A stretch of 62,908 bases of DNA, filler included. It is 5 parts of 5 records of this genome, joined end to end, with 100 filler letters (N's around TTAATTAATTAA, not from the genome) between each part and the next. Parts side by side here need not be neighbours in the genome. Positions count along the whole stretch, not along the records: positions 1 to 24,247 come from SRR20825010_2497; 4 more parts are not named here. The stretch is one strand, 5' to 3'. A program made the translations under genes and the position numbers. Each line of letters begins with the position of its first letter. Position 1 is the stretch's first letter. Below the pieces are notes generated by a model that made no database searches, was not told the origin of the DNA, and saw nothing but the letters and a program-made list of their open reading frames with translations. Below are positions 1 through 10,014 of the stretch, piece after piece.

Positions 1-705
1 TTCCTGCATGTGATAGCCGGAGATGGAGATCGAGTTGAACTTAGGCATATTCTCTGACGTATAGGAGAAGATGTCGGAAATGATCCGCATGGAAGGCGTG
101 GGCGGGAATATATAGGTGTTCCGCACCATAAATTCTTTGAGAATGTCGTTCTGGATTGTGCCCGCAAGCTTGTCTGGGCTCACACCCTGCTCCTCAGCTG
201 CAACAACATAGAGCGCAAGAATGGGCAAAACAGCGCCATTCATGGTCATTGAAACAGACATCTGATCAAGCGGGATACCGCTAAAAAGCGTGCGCATGTC
301 ATAAATGCTGTCAATCGCCACCCCTGCCATGCCCACATCGCCGACCACGCGCGGATGGTCACTGTCATAACCCCGGTGCGTAGCAAGATCGAATGCTACC
401 GAAAGGCCCTTCTGGCCAGCAGCCAGATTGCGGCGGTAAAAGGCGTTGCTGTCTTCCGCCGTTGAAAAACCTGCATATTGCCGGATCGTCCAGGGCCTTT
501 GCACATACATCGTCGGGTAAGGCCCCCTCAGGAAAGGCGCGATACCCGGCCGGGTATCAAGGAAATCGAGGTCTTTGACATCGTCTGCGTCGTAGCTTGG
601 CTTCAGGCTTATGCCTTCGGGCGTTAGCCAATCGCTGTCCGAACGGGCGGCCTCATTCGCAACAGCCTTAAAGGGAACTTGGGTAAAGTCAGGGATGCGG
701 CTCAT
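1..705 (-). CDS. scpA: Methylmalonyl-CoA mutase large (catalytic) subunit, 3' part outside window
   Basis: Manual translation from ATG 705: [80 protein letters not shown] overlap with the upstream small-subunit gene. Confidence 0.95.
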   Translation of the reverse strand, partial: MSRIPDFTQVPFKAVANEAARSDSDWLTPEGISLKPSYDADDVKDLDFLDTRPGIAPFLRGPYPTMYVQRPWTIRQYAGFSTAEDSNAFYRRNLAAGQKGLSVAFDLATHRGYDSDHPRVVGDVGMAGVAIDSIYDMRTLFSGIPLDQMSVSMTMNGAVLPILALYVVAAEEQGVSPDKLAGTIQNDILKEFMVRNTYIFPPTPSMRIISDIFSYTSENMPKFNSISISGYHMQE

Positions 706-2558
706 GACTTGCCTCCCAAAAGCTCATAGGCACGGGTAAGAGTGTCCAGCACGTCACAGCCCATATAGATCATTTCACCTACTCCTGCGGCCTCCAGTTT
801 TGTTGGGTCGCTCGGCCGACCGGCCAGATATATACGGCTACAGCCAGCCTCAATCAGCGCCTCTGCAGCTTCCAGTCCCAAACTTTCATACTGAGCGTCA
901 GAACCGCAGATCACCGCAAAAGGTGCCTCACTTGATGAATAGGCGGCCTTCAATGACGCCATGTCTTCAAATCCCTCACTCGGGATGGCTTCGATACCGC
1001 CTGCTTCAAAAAAGCTTCTGGCAAATGTGGCGCGAGCGGTAAAGTCGGCGGGGCTTCCCAAGCCCGCGATAAAGACGCGTGGGCGCATGCCGCCTTCTTC
1101 CAGCATGGCGTCACTCTTCAGGCGCAACACTTCAAACTCCTCTGCCAAACGATGAAACGGCAGTGGTGCGAGTGTTTCGCCTGCAGCCGGAATCTGAGAA
1201 GGAAGTGCGGGTTGTGGGCCGACATCCTTAAGGGGTTTTTCGTTAACATCAGGGAACTCAGATACCCCAGTGATAGCGTCCTTGCGCTTTGCGATATTCG
1301 AGCGACGCTCGCGCCATGACGCCTCAATATCTTTCACGAACGATCCTGATTTTAACACTGGCAATACGCCACCTTCAGATTCAATTTTCTGAAATAAACC
1401 CCATGCCTTATCGCATATCTCTGAAGTAAAAGATTCAATAGCGTAAGAGCCAGCCGCCGGGTCTGCCATGCGCGAGAGGCTGCTTTCATCCGATAAGATG
1501 ATCTGGATATTTCGGGCAATCCGGCGCGCTGACCGGCCACTCATACCCAGTAGCGTATCATGGGGCAGAACCGTGATCGCGTTTGCCCCGCCCACACCTG
1601 CAGCGAAACACGCGGCTGTGCCGCGCAGAACATTCACCCACGGGTCCTTGATGGTCAGCATCCTCAGGCTGGTAACAGCATTGATGCGTATGCCCGTGCC
1701 ACTATCAGCGCCACAGCTTTCAACCACACGGGCCCAAAGCCTGCGCGCGGCACGAAATTTCGCGATCCCGATAAAGATATCCGCGTCGGCAGCCAGGGTC
1801 ATCTCAACCGCAGCAGCGGCCGCCTGCACAGACATGCCTGCCGTCACCATTGCTCTCAAATACGAAACACCTGTCGCCAGCATCATCGCAAGTTCTTGCG
1901 CTTCTGTTGCACCGGCAATGTGATAAACACTCGCATCCACGTTAAAGGTTTTAATATCTTGGTAGGCGGTGTCAGATAGACGAGCCGCGATATTTGCAGC
2001 TTTCTCAAGCGCAATTTCAGCTTTGTCCTTCAGCCTGCCTGTTTGGGCAAGTGTCCCCAGCGGGTCCACGCCGAGAGTACCATTATATTCGGTGCCACCG
2101 TGCCCATCTGACTTGATAAGGCCTAACATGGCTTCCGCCACCTCTTCGAACTCCTCGCCAGGCATCAACTGAAAACGAGCCATATTTAGGTAAACACCGC
2201 TCAGCGCAGCATCCAAATCGCCAACCGCAAGACCCGGGAATGCGCCTGCCTGCATGCGGACAGCGAATGCGCTCGCACCGCGCTCGAGGTCTTCGAGAAT
2301 TTCAGCATTCACCCGCGCAGGATCATCGCTCCAATGCGGTGCTGTAATAAGCCACTCGCCATTTCGGGACGCAGGATGCGCTTCAATACGTGCGTTATCG
2401 CGAGTATATAGTGCTTCAATCGCGATGCCGTCGTAGGTTTTGCTACGCATGACCTTGTCAAACGGCTTGCCAGCCAGCGCCTTCTCCACCAATGCCATCC
2501 ATTGGGCGTCATCGGCGTGAGGGAAGTCTGCGGCAAGGTTCAGTTGTTTATCAGCCAT
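702..2558 (-). CDS. mutA: Methylmalonyl-CoA mutase small (non-catalytic) subunit
   Basis: [47 protein letters not shown] motifs. The C-terminal B12-like domain lacks DxHxxG. Translationally coupled to the large subunit. Confidence 0.9.
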   Translation of the reverse strand: MADKQLNLAADFPHADDAQWMALVEKALAGKPFDKVMRSKTYDGIAIEALYTRDNARIEAHPASRNGEWLITAPHWSDDPARVNAEILEDLERGASAFAVRMQAGAFPGLAVGDLDAALSGVYLNMARFQLMPGEEFEEVAEAMLGLIKSDGHGGTEYNGTLGVDPLGTLAQTGRLKDKAEIALEKAANIAARLSDTAYQDIKTFNVDASVYHIAGATEAQELAMMLATGVSYLRAMVTAGMSVQAAAAAVEMTLAADADIFIGIAKFRAARRLWARVVESCGADSGTGIRINAVTSLRMLTIKDPWVNVLRGTAACFAAGVGGANAITVLPHDTLLGMSGRSARRIARNIQIILSDESSLSRMADPAAGSYAIESFTSEICDKAWGLFQKIESEGGVLPVLKSGSFVKDIEASWRERRSNIAKRKDAITGVSEFPDVNEKPLKDVGPQPALPSQIPAAGETLAPLPFHRLAEEFEVLRLKSDAMLEEGGMRPRVFIAGLGSPADFTARATFARSFFEAGGIEAIPSEGFEDMASLKAAYSSSEAPFAVICGSDAQYESLGLEAAEALIEAGCSRIYLAGRPSDPTKLEAAGVGEMIYMGCDVLDTLTRAYELLGGKS

Positions 2559-2572
2559 CTTAATCCCTTTAC

Positions 2573-3379
2573 TCAAACAGCGGTGACGAGCCGCGCGGTC
2601 GCCAAAACAAGAAATAACCCGAAAGCAATGCTCAAAAGACGCTTCGGCAAACGATGGGCCACTTTAGCACCAACTGGCGCCATAATCACGGCGGCAATGG
2701 CCACAACCACAGCAGACGGCAGGTGGATGAAACCAGCAGAACCCGCAGGCATGCCCTCAACATTCCAGCCACCGAATAGGTACCCGAAACCGGCAGAAAC
2801 ACTGATCACTAGCCCTGCCAGAGCCGCCGTACCAACGGCGCGATGAATGGGAACACCGTAAAGCGTCATGTAGGGGACAGAGAAACTGCCGCCACCAATA
2901 CCCATCACCGCTGAGAAAAAGCCGATAAGCCCCGGCCCAAAAAACCGCAAAATACCGTTTGGCAGTGTCTCGCCAATGCGCCACCGATCCAGCGGCAGTA
3001 ACATCTTGGCGGCAAGGAAGGCCGCGAGCGTCGCAAAAAAATAAACCAGTTCCACGGTTTTCAGGGTTTTGGCAAAAAAGCTACCCAATATGGCGCCTAT
3101 CGCAATGGCCCACCACCAGTCTCTAACAATCGCCCAATCCACCCCACCCTTGCGGTTATGCGCCCAAACGCTTGAAAGGTTGGTGGCAATAATGATGGTG
3201 AGAGACGTGGCAATCGCGACATGCATGCGCCATTCAAGTGGCACATCAATTTCTGCATAGACAAGAAAGAGCGCCGGGATCGTAACGATACCGCCACCAA
3301 TACCCAACAGGCCAGCCAGAAAGCCCGCAACAAGTCCCGCACCAATAAGCGGTAAGCTATGCAACAACACCTGTTCCAA
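2573..3379 (-). CDS. TauE/SafE (TSUP) family membrane transporter
   Basis: Two repeats of GxxGIGGG (GLLGIGGG, AVMGIGGG), AIATSL and AVGTA motifs, hydrophobic throughout. TTG start chosen for its GAGGGAGGG RBS. Confidence 0.85.
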   Translation of the reverse strand: MEQVLLHSLPLIGAGLVAGFLAGLLGIGGGIVTIPALFLVYAEIDVPLEWRMHVAIATSLTIIIATNLSSVWAHNRKGGVDWAIVRDWWWAIAIGAILGSFFAKTLKTVELVYFFATLAAFLAAKMLLPLDRWRIGETLPNGILRFFGPGLIGFFSAVMGIGGGSFSVPYMTLYGVPIHRAVGTAALAGLVISVSAGFGYLFGGWNVEGMPAGSAGFIHLPSAVVVAIAAVIMAPVGAKVAHRLPKRLLSIAFGLFLVLATARLVTAV

Positions 3380-3564
3380 GTGGCCTTCCCTCCCTCTAAC
3401 ACAGATCACACTTTTTGTGCAGCGCGATAACGTTTGCCGCACTTTAGTGCAGTGCAGCAAAATCGCAAGAGAGAAAGGTTATGCTGTTTCGGATGTAGAA
3501 ATTCGCGAACGACTAACTATATTCCCCTGCAGGGGTTCATCAACAATAACTCTAACAAGGAACT

Positions 3565-3936
3565 ATGATGAACTACGATTACGACATCGTACGACAGCCC
3601 CTGCATCAAGGGCTGGACAAAATATCCATCGCCAGCGCCAAGAAACTCGGTGATCCTTCATATTTCAATCGCACACTGTGCTCCGTCAATGAAACTGCGG
3701 TACGCATCAGCGTATTCCTGGGCGAATTTCACTGGCACGCCCATGAAAATGAAGACGAATTCTTCTTTGTGCTCGAAGGTGAACTCGAGCTAGAGATCGA
3801 AGGGCAAGATCCCATAATTCTAAAACCGCAAGAAGGGGTGGTCGTGCCGCGCGGTGTACGGCATTGCCCCAAAGCGCCAGGCGGTGTGGTTCTTCTGATG
3901 GTGGAACCGACAGCAGTAGTGTCTACGGGCAACTAG
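3565..3936 (+). CDS. Cupin-domain protein
   Basis: GEFHWHAHENEDEFFFVLEG and VVPRGVRHCP cupin motifs. AAGGA RBS. Confidence 0.85.
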   Translation: MMNYDYDIVRQPLHQGLDKISIASAKKLGDPSYFNRTLCSVNETAVRISVFLGEFHWHAHENEDEFFFVLEGELELEIEGQDPIILKPQEGVVVPRGVRHCPKAPGGVVLLMVEPTAVVSTGN

Positions 3937-3941
3937 ATCGG

Positions 3942-3985
3942 AAAAGAAAAACCGCTGCATCCACATGGACGCAGCGGTCTCTTTA
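3942..3985. terminator. Probable bidirectional intrinsic terminator between the cupin gene and tRNA-Pro
   Basis: Hairpin ACCGCTGCATCCA/TGGACGCAGCGGT flanked by an A-run on the left and a T-rich run on the right. Confidence 0.7.
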
Positions 3986-4062
3986 TGGTCGGGAAGACAG
4001 GATTTGAACCTGCGACCCCCACACCCCCAGTGTGATGCGCTACCAGGCTGCGCTACTTCCCG
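3986..4062 (-). tRNA. tRNA-Pro (anticodon GGG)
   Basis: Reverse complement CGGGAAGTAGCGCAGCCTGGTAGCGCATCACACTGGGGGTGTGGGGGTCGCAGGTTCAAATCCTGTCTTCCCGACCA: 77 nt, cloverleaf, T-loop GTTCAAATC, encoded CCA. Confidence 0.97.
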
Positions 4063-4150
4063 ATGATAAGATGGTGTTCCATCAGGGGTTTGGGTGGCGC
4101 GGACTATAGCCTTGGCATATCTGGCACGCAACCAGCTTTTTCCAAAAAAA

Positions 4151-5740
4151 TCACCCTTCCCGTTGCACGGTCTCATATGCCTGAAACGCGGTCCGGGCCG
4201 CATGCCGTTTTCGCAATGGGCTCGACAGATATCGGTTCAAGGCAGCAAGGACCAATTCACCCGTCTCTGCTTTCACGAGACCAACAAGCTTTTCGCACGC
4301 AAGGATCATCTTCAACCTGTGTACCGCAAAAATATACTCCCCCTCATCCATGTCGAAGAGACGGGTTTTATGGGTCTGCAAGAATTTATCTGGATCATCA
4401 ACTTTCCAGACTTTTATATCTTCTTCCCCGAGGAACGGTTTATTGCGCCCCACAAAACATGCGAGTTGCATCAAACCGGATTGCCATAGCGCCTCATCGC
4501 CTGATGCGTGGTGATGCACCGCTTCCGCGAAGGTCAGCGCATGGGTAAAATCAAGCCAGCCGATATTCTTTGCTATCGGTTGCTGCACGCCATTCTGCTT
4601 CTCGATGTCAAAATGCAGCATATTGAGGGCGCAAGCCGCCACAAGTGCGTCCCACGTATCCCGCTTGATCGCTGAGGAGGCCGCAGTGAGCGCCATGACA
4701 TGCCGCACACTCTGGCCTGACAAGTTTTCTGCGGCAGGAACAGGGGCCTGCCCTGGCTCCAGTTTGAGATAATCGGAAAAACCACGAAACTCAGGGATGA
4801 GGTCTTCCCTTGCGGCCAAACACAAGTAGCGTGCTATTTGCAACGAAAGCGTCTTGCTTACCTCCTCACCCAACCGGCCAATCAACTGCTCAGCCTTCAT
4901 GATATAAATGGCAGGATGCCCGAACCCGGCATAGTGGTTGAACACCACCTTGAGGAACAAGGGCTTAAGGTCATCAAAACCAAGCTCCGCACCATACGCC
5001 GCGCTTACGAGCGCTAGGGCCAGAGGCTGGTCCATCGCCTCAATGGCAACAACAAGCTGGTCCGGGTTCCAGTTAACCTTGCCGCCTTCCGTCGCTGGCC
5101 TCGCACTATACATACCGTCGTAGGAAAAATGGCCAAGCGCTTCGAGCAGGGCGACAGGCCGCTCCGCCGGATACTCATCAGTCATATCCAGCCAATCCAC
5201 CAGGCCAGCATGAGCGTGCCCAATGCCGCGCTCGAACTTCGGCAGGCTCCAGTTGATGATAAAGCTTGCGAGCTCGTTCACCTCCACACCCGCCACGTCA
5301 AGCCGCGCTATTGAGCGGGCTATGCGGGAATAATCATGCTCCGCGACTGCTTCATCAAGTTCTAGGAACGCTTTTTGGCGGCGCGCCTCAATAGGCTCGG
5401 GTGTTAGGTCTACCCAGATATTCTCCCCGCGGCGCTCGATGGGGTAGGTTTTCACCGCATCCCTGCCCTGTATCGCCTTGCCCGACTTCAAATCAAACGT
5501 CCACCCGTGCCAGTTGCAGGCGAGTTGACAGTTTTTCTTCAGGCTACCCTCGACAAGAGGATAGCCCTCATGCGGACACCGGTTGTAGATAGCATAGAGG
5601 CCGGATTCCGTCTCAAAGAGCGCGATCTGCCGACCGTCATGCTTTATGACAGCGCGACCTTTCTCTTTAAGGTCCGGAAAGCGACCCAGATTGACAAAAC
5701 CTTCATCGTCGGCAGTGATTTTTCCGTTTTGCGCACCCAT
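4151..5740 (-). CDS. Rieske [2Fe-2S] ferredoxin domain fused to a ~400-aa helical His-motif domain (questin-oxidase-like, inferred)
   Basis: N-terminal CPHEGYPL...CNWHGWTFDL Rieske motif. C-terminal GHAH, FGHPAIY, DFTHALT and VHRLK motifs. GAGGAG RBS. Confidence 0.8.
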   Translation of the reverse strand: MGAQNGKITADDEGFVNLGRFPDLKEKGRAVIKHDGRQIALFETESGLYAIYNRCPHEGYPLVEGSLKKNCQLACNWHGWTFDLKSGKAIQGRDAVKTYPIERRGENIWVDLTPEPIEARRQKAFLELDEAVAEHDYSRIARSIARLDVAGVEVNELASFIINWSLPKFERGIGHAHAGLVDWLDMTDEYPAERPVALLEALGHFSYDGMYSARPATEGGKVNWNPDQLVVAIEAMDQPLALALVSAAYGAELGFDDLKPLFLKVVFNHYAGFGHPAIYIMKAEQLIGRLGEEVSKTLSLQIARYLCLAAREDLIPEFRGFSDYLKLEPGQAPVPAAENLSGQSVRHVMALTAASSAIKRDTWDALVAACALNMLHFDIEKQNGVQQPIAKNIGWLDFTHALTFAEAVHHHASGDEALWQSGLMQLACFVGRNKPFLGEEDIKVWKVDDPDKFLQTHKTRLFDMDEGEYIFAVHRLKMILACEKLVGLVKAETGELVLAALNRYLSSPLRKRHAARTAFQAYETVQREG

Positions 5741-5819
5741 TTATCTTCTCCTCGCTTGCGTAACTCGGCCCTGATTTCGCTGTATTCGATCCATGCGAGT
5801 TCACGATTCATCGTGGCCT

Positions 5820-5899
5820 CCTTTTTCTAAAGAAATTTATTTAATAAATGTCATATATGATGCAGCTTGATTTATGCAATATATTTCTTTAGAAAAAGG
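5820..5899. promoter_or_regulatory. Two palindromic operator-like boxes TTTCT-N2-AGAAA (5824-5835, 5884-5895) in a divergent promoter
   Basis: 5820-5836 and 5883-5899 are perfect 17-bp inverted repeats. Each contains a self-palindromic core, and the cores are 60 bp apart. Confidence 0.7.
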
Positions 5900-5927
5900 C
5901 AATTGTAGTTTTAAAGTGAAAGCACCA

Positions 5928-6557
5928 ATGGGAACCACACGCGAAACCATCCTGACTGAATTGAAACGACGTGGGCATGCCCGTGCTGATGATCTGGCCA
6001 AAACGCTTGATCTGACAGCTATGGCGGTACGGCAACATTTGTATCAACTGCAGGACGAAGGTGCTGTTGTGTGTTGCACAAGCCCAAGCGGTCGTGGGCG
6101 CCCGGCAAAACATTGGGAATTAACGGAAAAGGCTGACGTCTATTTCCCGGATGCGCATCGCGAGCTCTCTCTCGACCTTATTGAAAGCATCCGCACACTT
6201 ATGGGTAAAGAAGCGCTTGATAAGCTTGTCGCGCACCGGACAGAGAAACAAGGCGAACGCTATCGCGCTGCCATTGGTGACGGAACACCGCTCAAAGCGC
6301 AGCTGCAAGCAATCGCCAAGGAACGCAGCCGCGAAGGATACATGGCGGAGGTACGTGAGGCTGGAGACGGAGACTTCCTGTTACTGGAGAATCACTGCCC
6401 GGTGTGCGAAGCAGCAAAAGCCTGTAGCGGCCTGTGCCACAAGGAACTGAGCCTTTTTCAAGACCTGATGAAAGACAAAGCAACGGTCGAACGAGAAGAA
6501 CATATCCTCTCCGGCGCCCGGCGCTGTGCGTATCGTATACATCCAAATTCAGATTAA
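5928..6557 (+). CDS. SufR-like HTH transcriptional regulator with C-terminal Cys cluster
   Basis: N-terminal HTH (AVRQHLYQL...GRGRP). C-terminal ENHCPVCEAAKACSGLCHKEL...EHILSGARRCAY typical of SufR-type regulators. Confidence 0.85.
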   Translation: MGTTRETILTELKRRGHARADDLAKTLDLTAMAVRQHLYQLQDEGAVVCCTSPSGRGRPAKHWELTEKADVYFPDAHRELSLDLIESIRTLMGKEALDKLVAHRTEKQGERYRAAIGDGTPLKAQLQAIAKERSREGYMAEVREAGDGDFLLLENHCPVCEAAKACSGLCHKELSLFQDLMKDKATVEREEHILSGARRCAYRIHPNSD

Positions 6558-6571
6558 TCGATAATTAGCTT

Positions 6572-7057
6572 CTAGCTCAAACGGGCCCGGATAGCTTTCA
6601 GCTCTGAAAGCAGTTCCTTGAGCACCTCTTGCTCTGCACCAATATCACAGGCTGGCTCTGTGTTATCGCTGTCGTCCGCGCTTTTTTGCTCAGGTACTGG
6701 CTCAGTGCTGGTTGTGGTCGCGGAAGTCGCACCAATGTCATCCTCAAGGCCTAATGCTTGTGCGACGGTTGAACGTAGCCCCTGCGCCTTGAAAAGCTTC
6801 TGCACACCTTTGATCGTATAACCATCCGAATGCAGTAGAGCCTTGATCGCCCGCAACAGCACAACATCGTCCGGCCGATAATATCGGCGGTTGCCACCAC
6901 GCTTCAACGGCTTGATTTGTGAAAACTTGCTTTCCCAAAAGCGCAGAACGTGCTGCGGCAGATCAAGCTCGTCCGCAACTTCAGAAATTGTCCGAAACGC
7001 CTCGCGACCCTTCTCGCCGCGCGGTCTATCCTGACCGTCGTCTGCTGGCATACTCAC
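6572..7057 (-). CDS. MerR-family HTH regulator (conserved ihfA neighbour)
   Basis: [23 protein letters not shown]...RRYYRPDDV...GYTIKGV. Confidence 0.9.
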   Translation of the reverse strand: MSMPADDGQDRPRGEKGREAFRTISEVADELDLPQHVLRFWESKFSQIKPLKRGGNRRYYRPDDVVLLRAIKALLHSDGYTIKGVQKLFKAQGLRSTVAQALGLEDDIGATSATTTSTEPVPEQKSADDSDNTEPACDIGAEQEVLKELLSELKAIRARLS

Positions 7058-7076
7058 GCCCTACCCCTCCTGCACA

Positions 7077-7367
7077 TCAAGCGTTGATGTGATCTTTCAT
7101 CACTTGGCTTGGGCGGAAGACAAGAACCCTGCGCGGGTCGATTGGCACTTCTTCACCAGTTTTTGGGTTACGGCCCATACGGCCATTTTTCTGGCGCACC
7201 AGAAAGCTGCCAAAAGAGGAAATCTTGACGTTTTCCCCCGCAACCAGGCAATCAGAAACCTCACCGAGAACGGCTTCAACGAGGTCGGCAGACTCGTTTC
7301 GCGAGAGGCCTACCTCTTCATAAACCGCTTCTGTCAGGTCTGCACGGGTAAGTGTTTTTTCACTCAT
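7077..7367 (-). CDS. ihfA: Integration host factor alpha subunit
   Basis: TLTRADL...VKISSFGSF...[24 protein letters not shown]. Confidence 0.95.
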   Translation of the reverse strand: MSEKTLTRADLTEAVYEEVGLSRNESADLVEAVLGEVSDCLVAGENVKISSFGSFLVRQKNGRMGRNPKTGEEVPIDPRRVLVFRPSQVMKDHINA

Positions 7368-7538
7368 ATCTGCCTCCGCTGCGTGTACGCCCCTGAGGTC
7401 GGAATGGGGCTCTAGCTAAAAAGGCTAGTCGAAGCGAAGCGGGCTGTCAATCTAACAGCAAGCGTTTAGCCTTTATTTTGAATGGTTTACAGACCTTCGT
7501 TGACACAAAACGAGACATTTTCACCACAAATGTAGCAT

Positions 7539-8591
7539 TTATGCCGCGCCGACGGTCTCTGCATCCGTTGAATCTGCAGGGATTTGCTCAAGGTCTTCGC
7601 TGATGAGGCGAATCAGATCATTCTGCGCCATATCGATTGCGGAGGTCACCGCAGAAGCAAAACCGTGCGCATTCGCACCACCATGGCTTTTCATCACCAG
7701 CCCATTGAGCCCAAGGAAAACACCGCCATTATGGTTGTTGGGATCAAGATGGTCCCGAAGCGAACGCAAACCGTGCCGGGACAAGAGATACCCAAGCTTG
7801 GTGGAAATAGAGGACCGGAACGCACGACCAAGTAATTCCGTCATCAGGCGCGCTGTTCCTTCCGCCATCTTGAGCGCCACATTGCCTGTGAAGCCGTCTG
7901 TAACCACAACATCAACAACGCCTGCCCCGATATCGTTGCCTTCAACAAAACCTGTGAACTGGAGTGGCAAGTGCTCAGAGGCACGAAGCACCTCCGCCGC
8001 CGCACGAATACTGTCTTTGCCCTTGAGATCCTCAACACCTACGTTCAGGAGCGCGACTGTAGGGTTTGAGAGCCCGAGCACGGTACGGACGTAGGCCGCG
8101 CCCATAATTGCAAACTGCACAAGGTTGTTGGCGTCGCATTCCACATTTGCGCCGAGATCAAGCATCACACTTTCACCCCGCAATGTTGGTAGCGGTGAGG
8201 TTAGTGCAGGCCGGTCAATACCCGGCATGGTCCGCAGGATAAACTTGGCAAGTGCCATCAGCGCCCCTGTGTTCCCGGCCGATATTGCAACATCAGCTGA
8301 CCCATCTTTCACAGCCTGCAACGCAAGCCCCATGGACGAATTTCGGCCACGCCGAAGCGCCTGAGATGGCTTCATGTCGCTGGTGACGACATCATCGGTA
8401 TGGAACACTTCACTGGCTGCGCTCAGTTCTTTATGAGCCTCAAGAAGCGGTTTTATCCGCGCCTCATCACCATAAATGTGAAAACGAGTTCCTGGAAATA
8501 GTGTGCGCGCCTGCGCGATGCCTTCAATGACCATGTCTGGTGCATGGTCGCCCCCCATGGCATCGACTGCGATCGTTACTTCTTTTGCCAC
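7539..8591 (-). CDS. plsX: Phosphate acyltransferase PlsX
   Basis: IAVDAMGGDHAP, SAGNTGALM, LDLGAN, DVVVTDGFTGNVALK, KSHG. Confidence 0.96.
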   Translation of the reverse strand: MAKEVTIAVDAMGGDHAPDMVIEGIAQARTLFPGTRFHIYGDEARIKPLLEAHKELSAASEVFHTDDVVTSDMKPSQALRRGRNSSMGLALQAVKDGSADVAISAGNTGALMALAKFILRTMPGIDRPALTSPLPTLRGESVMLDLGANVECDANNLVQFAIMGAAYVRTVLGLSNPTVALLNVGVEDLKGKDSIRAAAEVLRASEHLPLQFTGFVEGNDIGAGVVDVVVTDGFTGNVALKMAEGTARLMTELLGRAFRSSISTKLGYLLSRHGLRSLRDHLDPNNHNGGVFLGLNGLVMKSHGGANAHGFASAVTSAIDMAQNDLIRLISEDLEQIPADSTDAETVGAA

Positions 8592-8709
8592 GAATTATTA
8601 TCCAATCTCAAACGTTGGCCCGTGTCTTTATTATACGTGAGATGTGACAGGTAACAAACCTGACACAATTACCCTACTTGGGCAGACCATAGCGAATTTA
8701 ACAGCTACT

Positions 8710-9258
8710 TCAAGATTCGTCGCGTAGCTTCTCAAGAACAGCAAACGGGTTCGGTCGCTTTTCTTCGGGCTCGTTTACGGAGATTCCCTCTTTATTATCA
8801 AGGCTTAGCTCTATACCTTTAGCTCTTGGATACGGGTCCATATTGATTGAAAGTGTTTGTGCGATGATCTCGCCGAGAGGGATTTCCTTGCCCTCAAGAG
8901 CATCATATTCCGGTGCGTTTGGATCAAGATAAACTTCTTCTTCGTCCATACGGTCAGCCATCTCTGGGTCAACCAGCATCAGGGTAAACTCTGTCTCAAG
9001 CTCTTCCGCCACAGGCTCAAGCGTCACCACACAGCGCTGGGTCAACGCAGCTCTAAGCGTGCCAGATATAAAAATACCTTGGGCTTCGCCGCGGTCCTTG
9101 ACCTCAAAATCCGCCCGAAAGCCCGCGATATCGACGAGATCAAACCGTTCCGTTAATGTAGCGCGCTCTGCCTCACTTGCTTCAAAGCTATAGGCTCGGC
9201 CTGTGCGTTCTACCTCGTCCACAGTCAGGACAAAACCGAGGGAAATTTTACTGCTCAT
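8710..9258 (-). CDS. YceD/DUF177 family protein
   Basis: QRCVVTLEPV, DPYPRA and NPFAVL motifs, in the usual position upstream of plsX. Confidence 0.85.
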   Translation of the reverse strand: MSSKISLGFVLTVDEVERTGRAYSFEASEAERATLTERFDLVDIAGFRADFEVKDRGEAQGIFISGTLRAALTQRCVVTLEPVAEELETEFTLMLVDPEMADRMDEEEVYLDPNAPEYDALEGKEIPLGEIIAQTLSINMDPYPRAKGIELSLDNKEGISVNEPEEKRPNPFAVLEKLRDES

Positions 9259-9282
9259 GTTCTTATCCTTCCGAACTGTCTA

Positions 9283-9837
9283 TCAAGTCCCTGAAACACC
9301 CAAGCTAGCCTCGGGAGCGGGGAATTCAAATACTACTTCTTGCATCTCACTGAGCCCACAGGCCTGCAAACCCTCATGGGCAGCCAGCATATAGGCTGCC
9401 ATATGAGGCGCCTTTGAGGCCTCTTCCCGCTTATACAGGTTGCGCCGAATGGCCTCTGTTAGCGCGCCCTGCACATCTTCTTCCTCAAGTGCGGCACCAT
9501 ATGCCTTTAGGCGCCCAAACCAGGCAACACCCATTTTTTTGACCTCACGGCCAATACCCATGTCACCCACGCCCATCTCACGAAGCGAGCGGTCCATGTC
9601 TGCAATCATCGCTTCTTGTAACTGCTGCCGCAGTTTTGCTGTCTCGCTGCCGTCTTTTCCAAGGCGGTTCTGAATCAGGAACATATGCATGAGGATCATG
9701 TCGAAACGACCATCGAGCGTATCCTCGACTTCAAAGTCCGTATAAAAGGCCGGATGACGTGCCTGTTCAACAAGCTTGCTATACAGTTTATACGCAATCT
9801 TTTTACTCGCCATACCTGCGAACAAACGCCCAAACAT
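9283..9837 (-). CDS. Ubiquinol-cytochrome c chaperone (Cbp3-like)
   Basis: QARHPAFY...DTLDGRFDMI...DMDRSLREMGVGD. GGAGGA RBS before ATG 9837. Confidence 0.88.
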   Translation of the reverse strand: MFGRLFAGMASKKIAYKLYSKLVEQARHPAFYTDFEVEDTLDGRFDMILMHMFLIQNRLGKDGSETAKLRQQLQEAMIADMDRSLREMGVGDMGIGREVKKMGVAWFGRLKAYGAALEEEDVQGALTEAIRRNLYKREEASKAPHMAAYMLAAHEGLQACGLSEMQEVVFEFPAPEASLGVSGT

Positions 9838-10014
9838 GTCCTGTCCTCCAAATCGCCGTAATCTGCTTTTAAGGCAAAAACAGCCCACTATTGGTGTGCG
9901 CCGAGCTGATAAATCGCCGTGGCTCTAACACGGAGCCTTGCGCCATGCAATGGTGGCGGTTATTAAGGCAGTGGCAAGTTTTGATCCGCAAGCGACGGAA
10001 AGTAGGTTTACACG

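Noticed and set aside
3565-4062. Genomic island integrated at tRNA-Pro
   Set aside because: No integrase and no duplicated tRNA 3' end were seen. Only a cupin gene and a terminator follow.
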